DNA of 64,000 nt from Savitreella phatthalungensis. Taxonomy: Eukaryota. The notes beneath the pieces were generated by a model. That model was not told the DNA's origin. It saw only the letters and a program-made list of their open reading frames with translations, and did not search any database. The DNA lies in NCBI GenBank assembly GCA_051599415.1, contig AP039709.1, positions 186,001 to 250,000 on the forward strand, written 5' to 3'. Shown here in pieces: positions 22,528 through 34,557 of this stretch. The position numbers were made by a program, and so were the translations under genes. Position 1 is the first letter of the stretch, and each line of letters opens with the position of its first letter.

Positions 22528-23418
22528 TCAAGCCTCGTGGTCGTCGGGCACAGACTTGTATCCGTCTGTCCTGGCAAGGTAGGGCCAAACATTTGCCACG
22601 TACCTCAGTTGGAACTCGTCCTGCCTTCCAGTTAGATATGCCCTGAGATGAGCGAGGAAGGTGATATAGAATGCGACGCCTGCGCTTGTGAGGACGTGCC
22701 ACCAGCCGTGGAACTCTAACAGGAACCCAATAGGAATACCGAGGACATGCCTTGCGTGACGAAGTGAAGAGCATGCGACCTGGTCGATCCGCCAGAGTCC
22801 AAATCCTGCGAGGAACAAAGCGCCACCGACCGTTGCAGCGTACGAGAGATCCCGCCTCGCACGTGGCTCCTCCACACGCTTCCACACCAGATACCATGAT
22901 CGCCCGAGTACAGAGACCGTGATGAGCCCGTAAGCGATCTCGTGAAACACGGGATTCTTGTCGACCAGATAGTACCAGGTGATTGCGACACCGAGCGCGA
23001 CCGTCGCTACCCCGAGCAGAACAGAGTGGAGTTTCCGCTTGAACTCTCCCTCGAAGATGCCCCAGAACATGATGAGGGTGGTGTAGATCATGGGGAGTTC
23101 GTCTAGAAGCTGGTACTCGTATTTGAGGGTCATGTGGAAGAGCCAGGAGCCGATGCCGACGAGGAGGTATCCTAGGGAGGTGAGAAGGATTCGCCGCTCG
23201 TACCGCCACCTGACCGCGTTGTAGATTGCAATCACACCCAGAATCATGAACAAGCTGTTGGTCGTGGTGTTGCAGAACTCGGCGATATACCGCGTCACCA
23301 CGTAGTTCTCCTCGCACCAGTCGATCGTCGCCGTCACGGGACCCCAGAAGTAGTCCCGTGGGTCGCTCGGGCGATAGGGAAAGCCCAGCACCGGTGAGCG
23401 CGCCGAATCATTCATCAT
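22528..23418 (-). CDS. Alkaline ceramidase (Ypc1/Ydc1 family)
   Basis: WGPVTATIDWCEENY, IAEFCNTTTN, GSWLFHMTL, QLLDELPMIY, LLEFHGWWH. Confidence 0.93.
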   Translation of the reverse strand: MMNDSARSPVLGFPYRPSDPRDYFWGPVTATIDWCEENYVVTRYIAEFCNTTTNSLFMILGVIAIYNAVRWRYERRILLTSLGYLLVGIGSWLFHMTLKYEYQLLDELPMIYTTLIMFWGIFEGEFKRKLHSVLLGVATVALGVAITWYYLVDKNPVFHEIAYGLITVSVLGRSWYLVWKRVEEPRARRDLSYAATVGGALFLAGFGLWRIDQVACSSLRHARHVLGIPIGFLLEFHGWWHVLTSAGVAFYITFLAHLRAYLTGRQDEFQLRYVANVWPYLARTDGYKSVPDDHEA

Positions 23419-24454
23419 GATTCGTCTCCTGTGATACGCGCTGATGCACCTGTCCAGTCGATTGCAAGAAGCGTCTGAAAGTCTTCCTCAGCTATTGCCT
23501 CGATGGCTTAGACAGTGTAGAATAGAAGGCGATGCCGGAGATTTGGAGCCAGAGACCAGCGACTCGAGCGAGCGAGCGAGCGAGCGAACAAACGGCGCAA
23601 AGAAGCCGGAACTGCGATACGAAGTCGCTAACGGCCAAAATCTTGGAACTGTCTAGTCCGCGCGAGCACCGACGTAGGTATATTGTGAAAGTGCGTAAGG
23701 CGTGTACTTGATAGCGGAACACGTACGTGAAAGGGGGATACGTACGTAGCAGGGTGAATATGGCGTGAGTAGGTGTGCAGGGGCGTAAGTGGTGTATGGA
23801 TGTGGCTGTTTCCAGTGGCCTCATTTGATTCAAATCAATAGATTCGCGCTGTATAGTATGATCTTGGTAAAGTGAGGCGATATAGGTTTGAGCGCTTTGA
23901 GACTGCCAACGGATTTTGCAAGTCTGTTCTGGCATAAGGAGTATTTGAATCTGACTGGCATGGATTATGCACATGTGCACTTGCTTCGGCTTCTGGTGAT
24001 CCACCTTTTACTTAATCAGGCCATACAATCTTGCAGCAGCAAACTACGAGCCGCTGACGTCGATAGACATGTGAATCAGATCAGTTTCAAACAATATTGA
24101 GTGATCGAATTCCATGTAAATTTAGAGGTAAATTTAGCTTACCATATGCATGCAGTGAATCAAATGCACGTGTCCAACTCTCATCCCGTCTGGGCTTCTC
24201 CCGCTGATCCGTTGTGAGTATACTTGCTCAGGCAGTGCCAAGCATACAGCAGCAGCACGGACACACAATACCAAGGATACAGTGCCAAGGTTCTTTGATG
24301 ACTTGATTGTGAATATCGATCGGCTATGGTACATAGATCATGAGGTCGTAATGTGAAACGCGGTGATTGAAACGAAAGAGCGAGTCTGAAGAAAGCGAAT
24401 GGGAAGTGTGAATGTGTAGGAGACCGAGATCAGCAATTCGACCGCTCTCTTGGC

Positions 24455-25018
24455 TCAGATCTCAGAGACAAACTTGTATGGCATCCGAGCGGCGGACGGA
24501 TACATGAGCTGCTGGATATCGTCTGACCATAGCTGAGAGGCCTGATCATTTTGTGCACACGTTCGGAGGGCTGACCTGCATCGGAGTGTGATCTGCTTGA
24601 CGAGATCCCTCTCTGCGTGGAAGCCGTGCTCCCGTAGTCCGCCGATCCACTTGAGCAAATGGAACAGCACGCTCATGTTGCGCACCTCCTGCTGCTGCTT
24701 CGGCGATCCAGGCGTACAGCCCGCAGAGAACGAATTTGCCCTGAATGATCTCACCGCCGACCTGTGGTCCTCGAGCAAGGTCTCTTCCAGGTGTGTCAGG
24801 GATGACTCGACGTACGGTTGCGAGGAGAATAAGGTATCGATGTCGCAGTACATGCTCCAGCAAAGAAACTGGAGTTGGCGAAGCTGCGCATTCGGTAGGT
24901 AGCTGAGGATCTGCTGGCGGACTTCCGCAGGCAATCCCTGTAGAGAGCTGAGGCTATCAGCTCGGTCGAGGCGGCTACCGACTGTCGCCCCGACCAGTAG
25001 TGTCCCCGTCTTTGGCAT
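24455..25018 (-). CDS. Hypothetical protein with F-box-like motif
   Basis: LQGLPAEVRQQILSYLPNAQLRQLQFLCWSM fits the F-box consensus. Start uncertain; ATG at 25018 chosen. Confidence 0.55.
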   Translation of the reverse strand: MPKTGTLLVGATVGSRLDRADSLSSLQGLPAEVRQQILSYLPNAQLRQLQFLCWSMYCDIDTLFSSQPYVESSLTHLEETLLEDHRSAVRSFRANSFSAGCTPGSPKQQQEVRNMSVLFHLLKWIGGLREHGFHAERDLVKQITLRCRSALRTCAQNDQASQLWSDDIQQLMYPSAARMPYKFVSEI

Positions 25019-25513
25019 CACAGATGAGAGGTAGTTGAAAAAGTCGCGATGATGTGTGGTCGAGGGTGGACTACTGTACATGATTTGCGACCTCATAATC
25101 CCATGCCGCACGTACCCACCGCACTCCCATGATGGACGCGATCGAGCGAGAGGTCACGAGACCATTTGCATGGTGTGGGGGAGATTGATCTGATCGGCAA
25201 ACACTTTTGAATATCTGGCCCTAGTCAGATTTGTAGTTTGGAAAATAGTCCGAACCTCCATACCCGCGTACGTCAATGCAGTCACTGCAACGATTCTAGC
25301 CAGCAATCAATCTCATGGATGCTGCTACGTCAATAGGTAGACAGTGCAGTAAACCTGAAGACTTCTTCTGCTCGACCGTCGCAAAGTCTACTCGCCCTCG
25401 CTCTGGTCATCTACGCATGCTTTGGTCATTTATGCACGCAGGTGGCTGGCAAGCTGGAGAACATGCCTAGATAAAAAGCGGAAGGACTCCCCGTTCACAA
25501 TGATCTAGACGAC

Positions 25514-25918
25514 ATGGAGGTTGTCTGCGATGTCGTGACGCGTCAAGCTTTGAGCACAGTGCTCGGTGTGCTTTTGGCCGTGGCCGCGACACTACTCGCT
25601 CAGAAGAAGAGTGCAATCAGGCAACCATGGCATAAGCGCCTGTTCAGGAAGTCGCCAGGCAAAGGAGCGTCGAAAGGCGATTGGCGCTCAATTGTGCACG
25701 GGCGCAAGCAAATGCATTCAGCAAACGAACATCTTCAGCTAGCACAATCAATCCTCCTCGCTGCGCGCTCAAGTCTTGCAGATCTTGACGCATTGCTAGG
25801 AATTTTATACGACAGAATCGAGAGCGTCCGTCTCCAGCTTGCGCTCTACACTGAGGCAGAGCCGGTCGCGCCGACCCGAATCGATGCAACGAGACGTCGC
25901 ATGCTCAAGTGGAGGTGA
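25514..25918 (+). CDS. Hypothetical small protein with N-terminal hydrophobic helix
   Basis: ATG start, ATAAAA about 40 nt upstream, TM-like ALSTVLGVLLAVAATLLA followed by basic residues and a leucine-rich helix. Confidence 0.5.
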   Translation: MEVVCDVVTRQALSTVLGVLLAVAATLLAQKKSAIRQPWHKRLFRKSPGKGASKGDWRSIVHGRKQMHSANEHLQLAQSILLAARSSLADLDALLGILYDRIESVRLQLALYTEAEPVAPTRIDATRRRMLKWR

Positions 25919-27539
25919 ATTGACATACACCATTCAGGACACATCAGTGAAGATTGACGCAACAGACTCCACAGCTGGCTGGCTGCATGGCTGGAGTATC
26001 AAAGGCTTACGCGCAAGAAATCGAATGTGGTGGAAATTCAAGAAATGATATGACGGAGAATTTGGGTCGGCTAGTTTTGCCATGCGGAATTACGCAGATA
26101 ACCAGATCACCGGTCCAAGGAAAAAAAGGGCATGACCGATTTATGAGGAAATTCCGCCGACCAGTCAACGTCTCAACTGTCATCCTGTACCCTCACCATG
26201 CAGCATGGTTGTGGCAATCACAAATCGAGGCACACAAGATGCGTGTCGATTTCAATTACATGGCATGGATGCAGGACAGTGCTGGAATGGCCAGTGCTGA
26301 CGTGAACGGCGACAAGTATCAAGGAGTCACTTAGTGTGGCTTGTGCGCTAAGCTTCTGCCAGCATTTGTCTTGTGCATATGCTAGGCTGTGTCCATGCTG
26401 CGCCTACTCCGCAGTACATCGACCACGGCAATATCTATCAGACCAAATGGATAGAGACATAGGTTCGCAACTATGAATACAATGACAGATTTTCGACCAC
26501 GTTGAGAACGCGGTAAATCTTCACATTGTCTGCATTCTCTCCTGTCAATCTAACACAAAAGTGTCAGAGAGTTTTGTTTTGAGCGACTGCCACAGTCCAT
26601 GCGAGTCATCTAGTTTGCGATTCTTCGTCTAGACTCCTTGTTCGTCGTCTTCCCCTTGGCTGTATGTAATTCTCCGGAACAGTGCGTCAGTGGCTTTTTC
26701 ACTTCCTTTTCTTTTCCTAAAGTCAAAATGGCAAAAGCCGAATTTCCCTTGGTCGTCAGCTCCGAACGACCATAAATTCCAATCTGGGCGTTCAGAAGTC
26801 GAGGTAGAAGCGCAAGTCAAGTCTGGCCAGTCACTTGCTTGCTCCTGACCTGGATCGGGAAACAAGCCACGGAGTCGTTGAACCTCGCGCTTGTGGCGGT
26901 CTTCTGGAAGAGAGGCTTTTGAATCAGCCACGACGGGAAGTCTTCGAGAGTGACCGTTGTGTAGTTAGGAGTCTGACAAATAGATCGGTAACATTACTCA
27001 GACACAAGGCTCAGCAGACTCTTGAGGCTGACCCATTCGAATATACTTGGCAAACAATCATGCCAAGCCTGGTTGGTCAATCTGGATAACACGCACTCCT
27101 GACTTGAAGCCAACTGGAGTCAAACGAAGAAAGATGCATGTGGCTCATGTGCAGCCATATTATCAATGTATCAATGTATGTATTCCCATAACAACCCATT
27201 AACATACCTCAAGCAGTTCCAACACTGGCTTCTACAAAAGAACAGGCAGTTGACCAGTCTTGTGGAAAACATCAAAGGCTTGTTACACTGTTTGTGGCTT
27301 CGGTCTTCGGAATCCTTTTCCGTCCGCTACGAAGAGGATCGACAAAAAGCCTCAAGCTGCAGCTCCAGCTCACCAACGAGGACACAAGTTTACACAGGTG
27401 TATACTAATACCCACACGACGCCGAAACATTTGTATTTTCGAGACTGCCCTCAAGTACTTATTTCAGAGTCCTCGCATCCTTATCACAGGCACACAAACA
27501 ATAGGACTCACGCTTCTCATAAAACGGATTGCCGACACC

Positions 27540-28040
27540 ATGCCGCGAACAAACGCTGCCGTGGGCTCACCAAGGCTTCGTCCGCTTAGCACGCTCGAGC
27601 CACTCTACGAAGATCCGGAAACAACGATAGCCACGCCAGCATCCTCGACACACAGCCGCCGAAGCAGCGGTGTGTCTCTGCACTCGGCCAGCTCTTCAGA
27701 ACACCTGCCTTCGTTCGGCAACACGGCGTTCACATATGATCTGATGGACAGACGGCCGATGAGCAGCGGAAGCGCTTCGAGCGGCCGTGGTAGCGACACT
27801 CAGGGTTCGCCTACCCGATCTCCTGTCCTTCGTCCTGGGACAGGCAAGCACCAGCTCCAGGTGATGTCACCGCAGGCCAAGGTCTGCAGGCAGAGACAAA
27901 TTGAACAGTTGAATGAAGCTGCCAGCAGATTAGGCCGTGCGGCAGCCAGGCAGCCACCAAGCCCGAGACTGCCAGGCATCAACGAGCTCGGCGTATGCTC
28001 CTACTCTGCCTCAACAGGCAAGTGGCAATGCTACTGCTGA
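27540..28040 (+). CDS. Hypothetical Ser/Pro-rich protein
   Basis: ATG in ACCATG context at 27540, 166 codons, coding-like composition, ends ...WQCYC. Confidence 0.55.
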   Translation: MPRTNAAVGSPRLRPLSTLEPLYEDPETTIATPASSTHSRRSSGVSLHSASSSEHLPSFGNTAFTYDLMDRRPMSSGSASSGRGSDTQGSPTRSPVLRPGTGKHQLQVMSPQAKVCRQRQIEQLNEAASRLGRAAARQPPSPRLPGINELGVCSYSASTGKWQCYC

Positions 28041-28283
28041 GCTTTTCGACTGAGACGAACCATGCGACGAAGAAAAAATGACGACCATTTGCACATAATT
28101 GTAGAGAAAGCGAGGGAAGGATACAAAAGAGGTTAGGACGGAACGGCGTGTACAGTACAAACATGAATTAAATGCTAAATTTGGAATCTCTTCTCGTGAA
28201 TCTCATGACGACATTTTATTGTCGGTCGTATACACTATAGACATATCGAAAAGACCCTGTCAACCTCCATTCCCTTTGCAGTC

Positions 28284-29165
28284 ATGTCCCTATCACTGCA
28301 GACAGTTCTCCCTCTGCATGACGGTGGGTCGATCCCGCAGCTGGGCTTCGGCGTGTACGAGTCTCCTGCGAAAGTGACGCGGGCTTCAGTCACAGCGGCA
28401 CTTGAGGCTGGCTACCGGCACATTGATAGTGCCCAGTACTACGCGAACGAGTGTGAGGTCGGCGAGGCTGTGCGCTCATTTGTCGAGTCGAGTGATGGGA
28501 AAGTCAAGCGTGAGGACATCTTCGTGACGACGAAGATCCTGAAGAGTGCAGCGGACGGCGACGACGACAAGACCCTTGCCGAGATCCGAAAATCAAACGA
28601 CGCATTCAACCTCGGCTACATCGACCTCTTCCTGATCCACTCACCCTCGTGCGGGCCAGCAGACAGGAAGGTCCTCTGGCGCGTCTTGTCACGAGCGAAG
28701 AAGGAGGGACTGGTGAAGCACATCGGCGTGAGCAACTACGGAGTCCGGCACCTCGAGGAGATCGCTGGATGGGTGAAGAGTGCTGAGGAGCCTGATATCA
28801 CTGAGCTCCCAGTCATCAACCAGATCGAACTCCACCCGTACCTCCAGCAGCCAACCATTACGCAATGGTGTGCCAACCACAAGATCGTCGTCGAGGCCTA
28901 CTGCCCGCTGACGCGTGGTGAGCGGATGTCGCACAAAACGCTGGTCCGCGTGGGCGAGGAGACTGGATGGAGTCCCGCACAGGTGCTGCTGCGGTGGTCG
29001 CTCCAGCGTGGGTTTGTGCCTCTGCCCAAGTCAGACACGCCTTCGCGGATCGTGTCGAACGCTGATCTGTTTGGGAAGTCTCCGCTGACGGAGGCCCAGA
29101 TGAAGGAGATCGACGCGCTTGAGGCCAACCATGCCATCTTCCACAACCCAGTTGATGCAGAGTAA
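28284..29165 (+). CDS. Aldo-keto reductase
   Basis: IPQLGFGV, GYRHIDSAQYY, FVTTK, DLFLIHSP, IGVSNY, NQIELHP, PLPKS. Confidence 0.95.
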   Translation: MSLSLQTVLPLHDGGSIPQLGFGVYESPAKVTRASVTAALEAGYRHIDSAQYYANECEVGEAVRSFVESSDGKVKREDIFVTTKILKSAADGDDDKTLAEIRKSNDAFNLGYIDLFLIHSPSCGPADRKVLWRVLSRAKKEGLVKHIGVSNYGVRHLEEIAGWVKSAEEPDITELPVINQIELHPYLQQPTITQWCANHKIVVEAYCPLTRGERMSHKTLVRVGEETGWSPAQVLLRWSLQRGFVPLPKSDTPSRIVSNADLFGKSPLTEAQMKEIDALEANHAIFHNPVDAE

Positions 29166-29208
29166 ATTAGAACTACAGTAGACCTATCAAGCATCACTCA
29201 AAAAAGAT

Positions 29209-30969
29209 CTAATCCCTGGCCTCGGAAGCTAGACGCTTCGCATCCTCCCACTCCTGCTCGAGCACGCGCGCGTACTCTGCTGGGATATGGTCAAAGACGA
29301 AAAATGGCATGCAGAGTCTGAGGACGAGCCAGAGGAGACCACGTCTGCCCTGCCTGATGTGGGAGATGCCGTCACGTGAAAGAATCCCAGAGAACGACCA
29401 CATCTCGACCGCCGGCAGCGACCCATCTTTTCTAAACGACAGCCCTGCAGACTGCTCGTACACGTCTCCCGCAAACAGTGAGGACCGCCTGGGTTGCGAA
29501 GCCGGCGCATCAGGCTTGTTGTGTTTGTGGGTGGCGATGGTGCCATTGGGTGCGAACGGGTCTCGGAAGACGTGATAGGTGGGTTGTGGTGCGAATGCGA
29601 CGCTGCGCCTGCGAGGCGGGTGGTTGACCTCTTCGTCCGAGGTCAGTGTGAGGACGACGGATTTGCGCTTGCGCGAGAGCTCGCGCTTTACCTTGTCCTG
29701 TGGTCGAGTGGGATGCAGGTGGACGGTGGTCCCTGGCGCTTCGGCATATGGGCCCGGTAGGGGCATCAGCTTTGCAGGTGCCTGGTCAGGCAGGACTGGC
29801 ATCCGGGGAACCACGTCCTGAGCATTGACCACCTTCCAGATCCGTTTCGCACACCCGTTCTCACGCATCCATTCGCTGAATCGAGGGTCGCCGACACGCG
29901 GACCGGCAAACATGTAGACGTGCATCATGTCGCACAACCGCTTCCCCACGTCCGAGCAGATCGCCTGGGAGAGGAATGTCAGCGCGAGCGCGCCACCGAG
30001 AGAGTGCCCAGTGGTGTAGATACGCTTGATCTCCACATTCTGGTCGATGAAGTCGAGCTGATCTGTGATTTGCTGGAACGCCGTCAATTTGCGACGGCGC
30101 GATGACGACCGCATCGTGATTGGACTCGATGCCGCAATTTTGAATGACCGATAGACAAAGTCCCAGAGGGTGACGACGGTCTGGACAGAAGAGCCGATGA
30201 CATCGTTCGGGTCGAGGCGGAGTGTCGCGAGCGATCCTCTGCGTACGGCACCGGGCAGCACATCTTCTCCGTCAGCTGGACGGTCTGTGCGATGGAGCCG
30301 GAGAGCCTCGAGAAAGCCGTAGTGGATCTTGCCACCGTCGAACCAATTGCCGTCGAGGGTGGCGACGTCGACCAGATCGCCGTTGAAATCTGTAATGAAA
30401 TGCATCAAATTAAGCGGCTCTGACCCGCGGAAGCTGATAATGACAACTCCGTCACGCACACACACGAATGCGGATGTGTTGTAGTACTTGATCACTTTGA
30501 AGTACTGCATGTCGAAGCCCGCACGAGCGAGCTCGTCTGCGATCAGCGCCCTGTCCTCGTACGCGAGCTTCGAAAGGTTCATCAGGGAGACTGCCGTCTC
30601 GAGGTCAAAGTCGACGGTGCCCAAATTGAAGCGATTGCTCGGAGTGAAGTGTGGGTCTATCGAGTTGACAGTGGAGATCTGCCTTCCGGAAGGATGGCGG
30701 ACGCCGCCGGCGATGTGTAGGAGCTGGCGAAGTACGAGCCGCTCGAATGCCATCATCAGCTGGAACCACACAAAGAAGACTGCGACCAAAGGCAGCTCTA
30801 TCGCGAGTCGTATGGGTGGCGGTAGATTCGAGATGACGAGGAACGGCGTGTGGAGGACTAGTCGAAGCCATCGAACAAATAGACTCACCAGTACCTTGCC
30901 TACCTCGCCTGACACGAGAATGCTGGCGCTTGCGGCGAACATCGAGAAAAGCGCAAACTGTAGCACCAT
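29209..30969 (-). CDS. Class 3 lipase with N-terminal membrane segments
   Basis: ISFRGSEP, IHYGFL, TGHSLGGALA nucleophile elbow, PRVGD, DVVPRMP, DH. Confidence 0.88.
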   Translation of the reverse strand: MVLQFALFSMFAASASILVSGEVGKVLVSLFVRWLRLVLHTPFLVISNLPPPIRLAIELPLVAVFFVWFQLMMAFERLVLRQLLHIAGGVRHPSGRQISTVNSIDPHFTPSNRFNLGTVDFDLETAVSLMNLSKLAYEDRALIADELARAGFDMQYFKVIKYYNTSAFVCVRDGVVIISFRGSEPLNLMHFITDFNGDLVDVATLDGNWFDGGKIHYGFLEALRLHRTDRPADGEDVLPGAVRRGSLATLRLDPNDVIGSSVQTVVTLWDFVYRSFKIAASSPITMRSSSRRRKLTAFQQITDQLDFIDQNVEIKRIYTTGHSLGGALALTFLSQAICSDVGKRLCDMMHVYMFAGPRVGDPRFSEWMRENGCAKRIWKVVNAQDVVPRMPVLPDQAPAKLMPLPGPYAEAPGTTVHLHPTRPQDKVKRELSRKRKSVVLTLTSDEEVNHPPRRRSVAFAPQPTYHVFRDPFAPNGTIATHKHNKPDAPASQPRRSSLFAGDVYEQSAGLSFRKDGSLPAVEMWSFSGILSRDGISHIRQGRRGLLWLVLRLCMPFFVFDHIPAEYARVLEQEWEDAKRLASEARD

Positions 30970-31216
30970 GATTCTATGTCCACACCCTCACTGCGCGCCC
31001 ATGCCGGAGATTGACGGGATGAGGAAGTCTCGTGCCAAATATCCGTATCCTTATACTTTTGCAGAAGTGTCGCCCTCGTACAGGCGAATGAGGTTCAGAC
31101 TGAGTTGGGAAAACGTTATTTCCGAATCGGGCGAAACTGATTTGTCCTTGCATACATGTGAGATAGGAGCACGTGAAGATAACTTTGTCTTTTAACAGTG
31201 AGAGAAGCTGGACAAG

Positions 31217-32554
31217 CTAACCTATGTAAAAGTATGCAATGACTGCCGTCACGATAGAGACGGCGCTGAGGACGAGGTTCATGTTGGCGTATCCGATGGC
31301 ATCGCGGAGTCCTCCTGCAATGAGTGGACCTGCTAGCATACCTGAGCTGTATGCAACGTTATAGCAGCCGTACAGAGCTCCATGGGCGCCTTTCGGTCCA
31401 AAGAACTTTGGGTGGCGTTGACTGAAGTCTTCAACGATCGTAGATGCTTGAACAAATGAGGATGAGCCTGAAAAGGCGGAGAAGGTGCCATTCAGGGCGA
31501 GAAGTATGCTGTAGAGGATGATCTGAGGCTTGCCTCCAGGGCGAACAAAATACAAGGCGGCCAGCGAGCATGCCGTGAGTGTGTAGCCGATGACTGCAGG
31601 CTGTTTCGGACCCTTCCGGTCCACCCACCATCCTGCGACTGGACCAACAAGGAGATATGGTACTGTTAGAGGAGCAAAGAGGATGCCTGCCTGGAGAGAA
31701 GAGAATCCGAAATAGTCCTTGGCCACGGTTGGGATGGTTGCGTCGAAGGCTGTCACGATGGAAGCGCCAACAAAAGCCAGCCAGAATGCAGCCAGAAGTC
31801 GTGGGTTCTTCATCACCTCTGCCAGAGGAAATACCCTGGTGATGAGCGTTTGCGGAGTTTTGTCATCTGAAGGCAAGAGTGATGTCTCTTCTGTCGGACC
31901 TTCTGCCTCGCCAAAGTCGCGGTCGTCAGCGAAAGTCCGGCGTTCGTACTTGCGCGCAGTCTTCTTCTCGATCAGAAGTCCCCGGAGAATGAAGTCGAGG
32001 CCGAGGAGTGCGAACGCGACGACGAGCGTGCCATAGTACCCGACCTTGTCGTAGATGACGCCTCCTAGAAGTGGTGCAGCGAGCTCGCCTGTGGAGATAA
32101 AGCTGAAGATAGAGCCCATCGTTTTGCCGAGATCCTTGGAGCCGACAGTGTCGTAGACAAGGGAGAATCCGACAGTCCATACGATTGCGGCTGACATACC
32201 CTGAAATATACGTGCGGCTGCTAATCCTGCGAGTGAGCGAGAGAAGTAGAGTGCCTGGGACGCAGTCAATGCAAAGAGACCGAGAAAGAAAGGCAGCTGC
32301 CTGTTTGGAGTTTTGTCAGATATGATACCCGCGAGGGGCGATGTGATGACCGTCGATCCGGCATAGATTCCTAGTAGAATCGATGTCGTCTTCTGGAGAT
32401 CTCCATCCGGCAGACCCAGTCTGTCCTTGAGCACGAACGGCAACACCGGCACTATTAGGCCGTAAAGAAATAGATCTGTGAACAAAGCGATGGCGATGAC
32501 GCCGACGATAAAGGTTGTCGAGCTACGCCATGACAAACCCCATGGAGGATTCAT
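31217..32554 (-). CDS. MFS transporter (vesicular amine transporter-like)
   Basis: FTDLFLYGLIVPVLPF, ARIFQGMSAAIVWTVG, about 12 TM segments. Likely start MNPPWG. Confidence 0.88.
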   Translation of the reverse strand: MNPPWGLSWRSSTTFIVGVIAIALFTDLFLYGLIVPVLPFVLKDRLGLPDGDLQKTTSILLGIYAGSTVITSPLAGIISDKTPNRQLPFFLGLFALTASQALYFSRSLAGLAAARIFQGMSAAIVWTVGFSLVYDTVGSKDLGKTMGSIFSFISTGELAAPLLGGVIYDKVGYYGTLVVAFALLGLDFILRGLLIEKKTARKYERRTFADDRDFGEAEGPTEETSLLPSDDKTPQTLITRVFPLAEVMKNPRLLAAFWLAFVGASIVTAFDATIPTVAKDYFGFSSLQAGILFAPLTVPYLLVGPVAGWWVDRKGPKQPAVIGYTLTACSLAALYFVRPGGKPQIILYSILLALNGTFSAFSGSSSFVQASTIVEDFSQRHPKFFGPKGAHGALYGCYNVAYSSGMLAGPLIAGGLRDAIGYANMNLVLSAVSIVTAVIAYFYIG

Positions 32555-33378
32555 ATTGCGCGGGCAAAGGACCGCGCTGAACCCTCTGTGACCTTGTGAT
32601 GAACCTGTGCTCGAACTCGTATGACTCTTCAAGCGTACATAATTTTCTGTGTACATATACTCTACGTCATGTCATTGTTCACGTGAACTGTTCCGCTGAT
32701 TTCACGTGCTTGGAGCCTCAGTCTCTTTTTTTAGACATTCTGCTTCGACATGGAGCTCATATGAGCTAGTCCGCATGAGGTAAAGCGTTTAGAGTCTGAT
32801 CATCTTTGGTCTCCAAGTCACTCACGCACCCCGTAACTCAAATCTTGTGATAGAGTCTAGAGTAGTCACGCCGCTCGAAGCAAGCAGACTGAGTCAAGTG
32901 AAGGTCGAGAATCGGTTTTGGCTGACCATGTGACAGCCGGGAACGACATTGATGATACGAAGCTTGAGATGCATCTCGAGGCTCAGCTGCGTTGTTGAAA
33001 AACTGGTCTCATATCCCAAAGTGTCTTACGCCTTGGTACATTGTCGACTTCATTAAATCAGATTTGCGCACATCCTTGCCTGTCCCGATGCCCACACCAT
33101 CTGTGTCGTTCATTCCAGCTGTCGCATGGCTTCACCTCGACAGGCTTACTAGCGTCAAGCGTCGCGTCAGTAAGCTCTCATTGCATGATAGTAGCTGTGA
33201 CAGAAGCTGACCTTACAAGGTCAACTCCAGCTGTTCCTTCCAGGCGATGTATGCTTCCTGTCAGCTCGCGTCGAGGAGTCTACAAATGCTTAGCTGTTTT
33301 TTCTTTGTGCCATTACAACTCGAATGCAGCCGACGAAATTGCCATAATCAGATCATCTATCGTCTACTATACTTAGAC

Positions 33379-34557
33379 CTACCTGATAGAAGCGCCCACG
33401 AGAGACTTGACGGTGCATGCTTGTCCTTTACCGTCGACCAGCTTGCCTCCGCCGTCCTTATAGATGACCTGTAGATCCTGTGAGGTTGTGAAGTTTGGCT
33501 GGACTGCTTCGAAGACCTTCTTCTTCGGGTTGAGTTGTTCGTCGGGCTGGGTGTCTGCATAACCCTCGAATGTCAGAACGTCTCCTGGCTTGCTGCCTTC
33601 TGGTGGCTGAACGAGCTCGAGGTATTCTTTCGTCTGACCCTCCGCTAAATCTGCAGGGGAGGCAGCGAGCACCATTGCAGAGCTCTTCACGCCTCGCATC
33701 GCCGCCGGCTTCAGGTTACACACGGCCACGATTCGTCGGCCCTGCATCTCCGCAAGTGGGATGTACTTGACCAAACCCGAGACGACCGTCCGCGGCGCCG
33801 GTTCGCCTAGATCGACCGTGGACACGTAAAGCGAGTCGGCGTCTGGGTGTAGCTCGCACTTCGAGATCACGCCGACCTTGAAGGAGACGCGGGCAGGTGA
33901 GATGGCTGCGGAGGCTGCTGCTGAAGCCTCTGCTGCTTTTGCTGCCTTAGCCGCCTTCTTGTCTGCTGCGGCATTGGCTTTGTCAGGGACGGCCTGCTTG
34001 CCCTGCTTCTGCGGCTGCTTGCTTGTCGGTGTATCTGCGGGCGTACCAGGGTGCCCGCGTGTCGTGTTTGCGGGGACGGCCTCCTTGGGTGCACCAGCAC
34101 GGATCACTGGCGTCACAGATGTGTCGCGTGCTGATGGATCAATCTCGACAATTGGCAGCGTGTTTCCTGAGATGTGCTGGGCGTGGTCGAACCAGCGTGT
34201 GATGTGGCAGTACTGTGAGCGTGCACGGTTGTCCCATTTTTTGACCGTGTCGTGCAGTCGTGCGATGCAAACGAGGTCAGCGACCGTCCAATCCTCCCCG
34301 ACAAGAAATGTCTGACGAGCCAGGTGGGTATTCAGGTCCAGCAAAAGGGCATCGTTGACATTGGCCGACAGGGTCAGCCATTGCTGGACCTCTGCCTTCT
34401 CGATGTTGCTCGATCCGACCTTACCTACCCGTTGACCGAGCACAGTCGCTCCAGTATTGGGTCCTCCTGGCAGATCGTCTAATGAGAGGGCGTCGACACT
34501 TCCGCTAAGACCGGCATGCGCAGCAAGCACCTTCCGGACCACATCGAGCTCACTCAT
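33379..34557 (-). CDS. ARC1: Aminoacyl-tRNA synthetase cofactor Arc1 (GST-like + EMAP II/OB tRNA-binding domain)
   Basis: LNTHLARQTFLVG...HITRWFDHAQH GST-like part. HPDADSLYVSTVD, RTVVSGLV, NLKPAAMRGVKSSAMVL, LNPKKK. Likely start MSELDV. Confidence 0.92.
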   Translation of the reverse strand: MSELDVVRKVLAAHAGLSGSVDALSLDDLPGGPNTGATVLGQRVGKVGSSNIEKAEVQQWLTLSANVNDALLLDLNTHLARQTFLVGEDWTVADLVCIARLHDTVKKWDNRARSQYCHITRWFDHAQHISGNTLPIVEIDPSARDTSVTPVIRAGAPKEAVPANTTRGHPGTPADTPTSKQPQKQGKQAVPDKANAAADKKAAKAAKAAEASAAASAAISPARVSFKVGVISKCELHPDADSLYVSTVDLGEPAPRTVVSGLVKYIPLAEMQGRRIVAVCNLKPAAMRGVKSSAMVLAASPADLAEGQTKEYLELVQPPEGSKPGDVLTFEGYADTQPDEQLNPKKKVFEAVQPNFTTSQDLQVIYKDGGGKLVDGKGQACTVKSLVGASIR

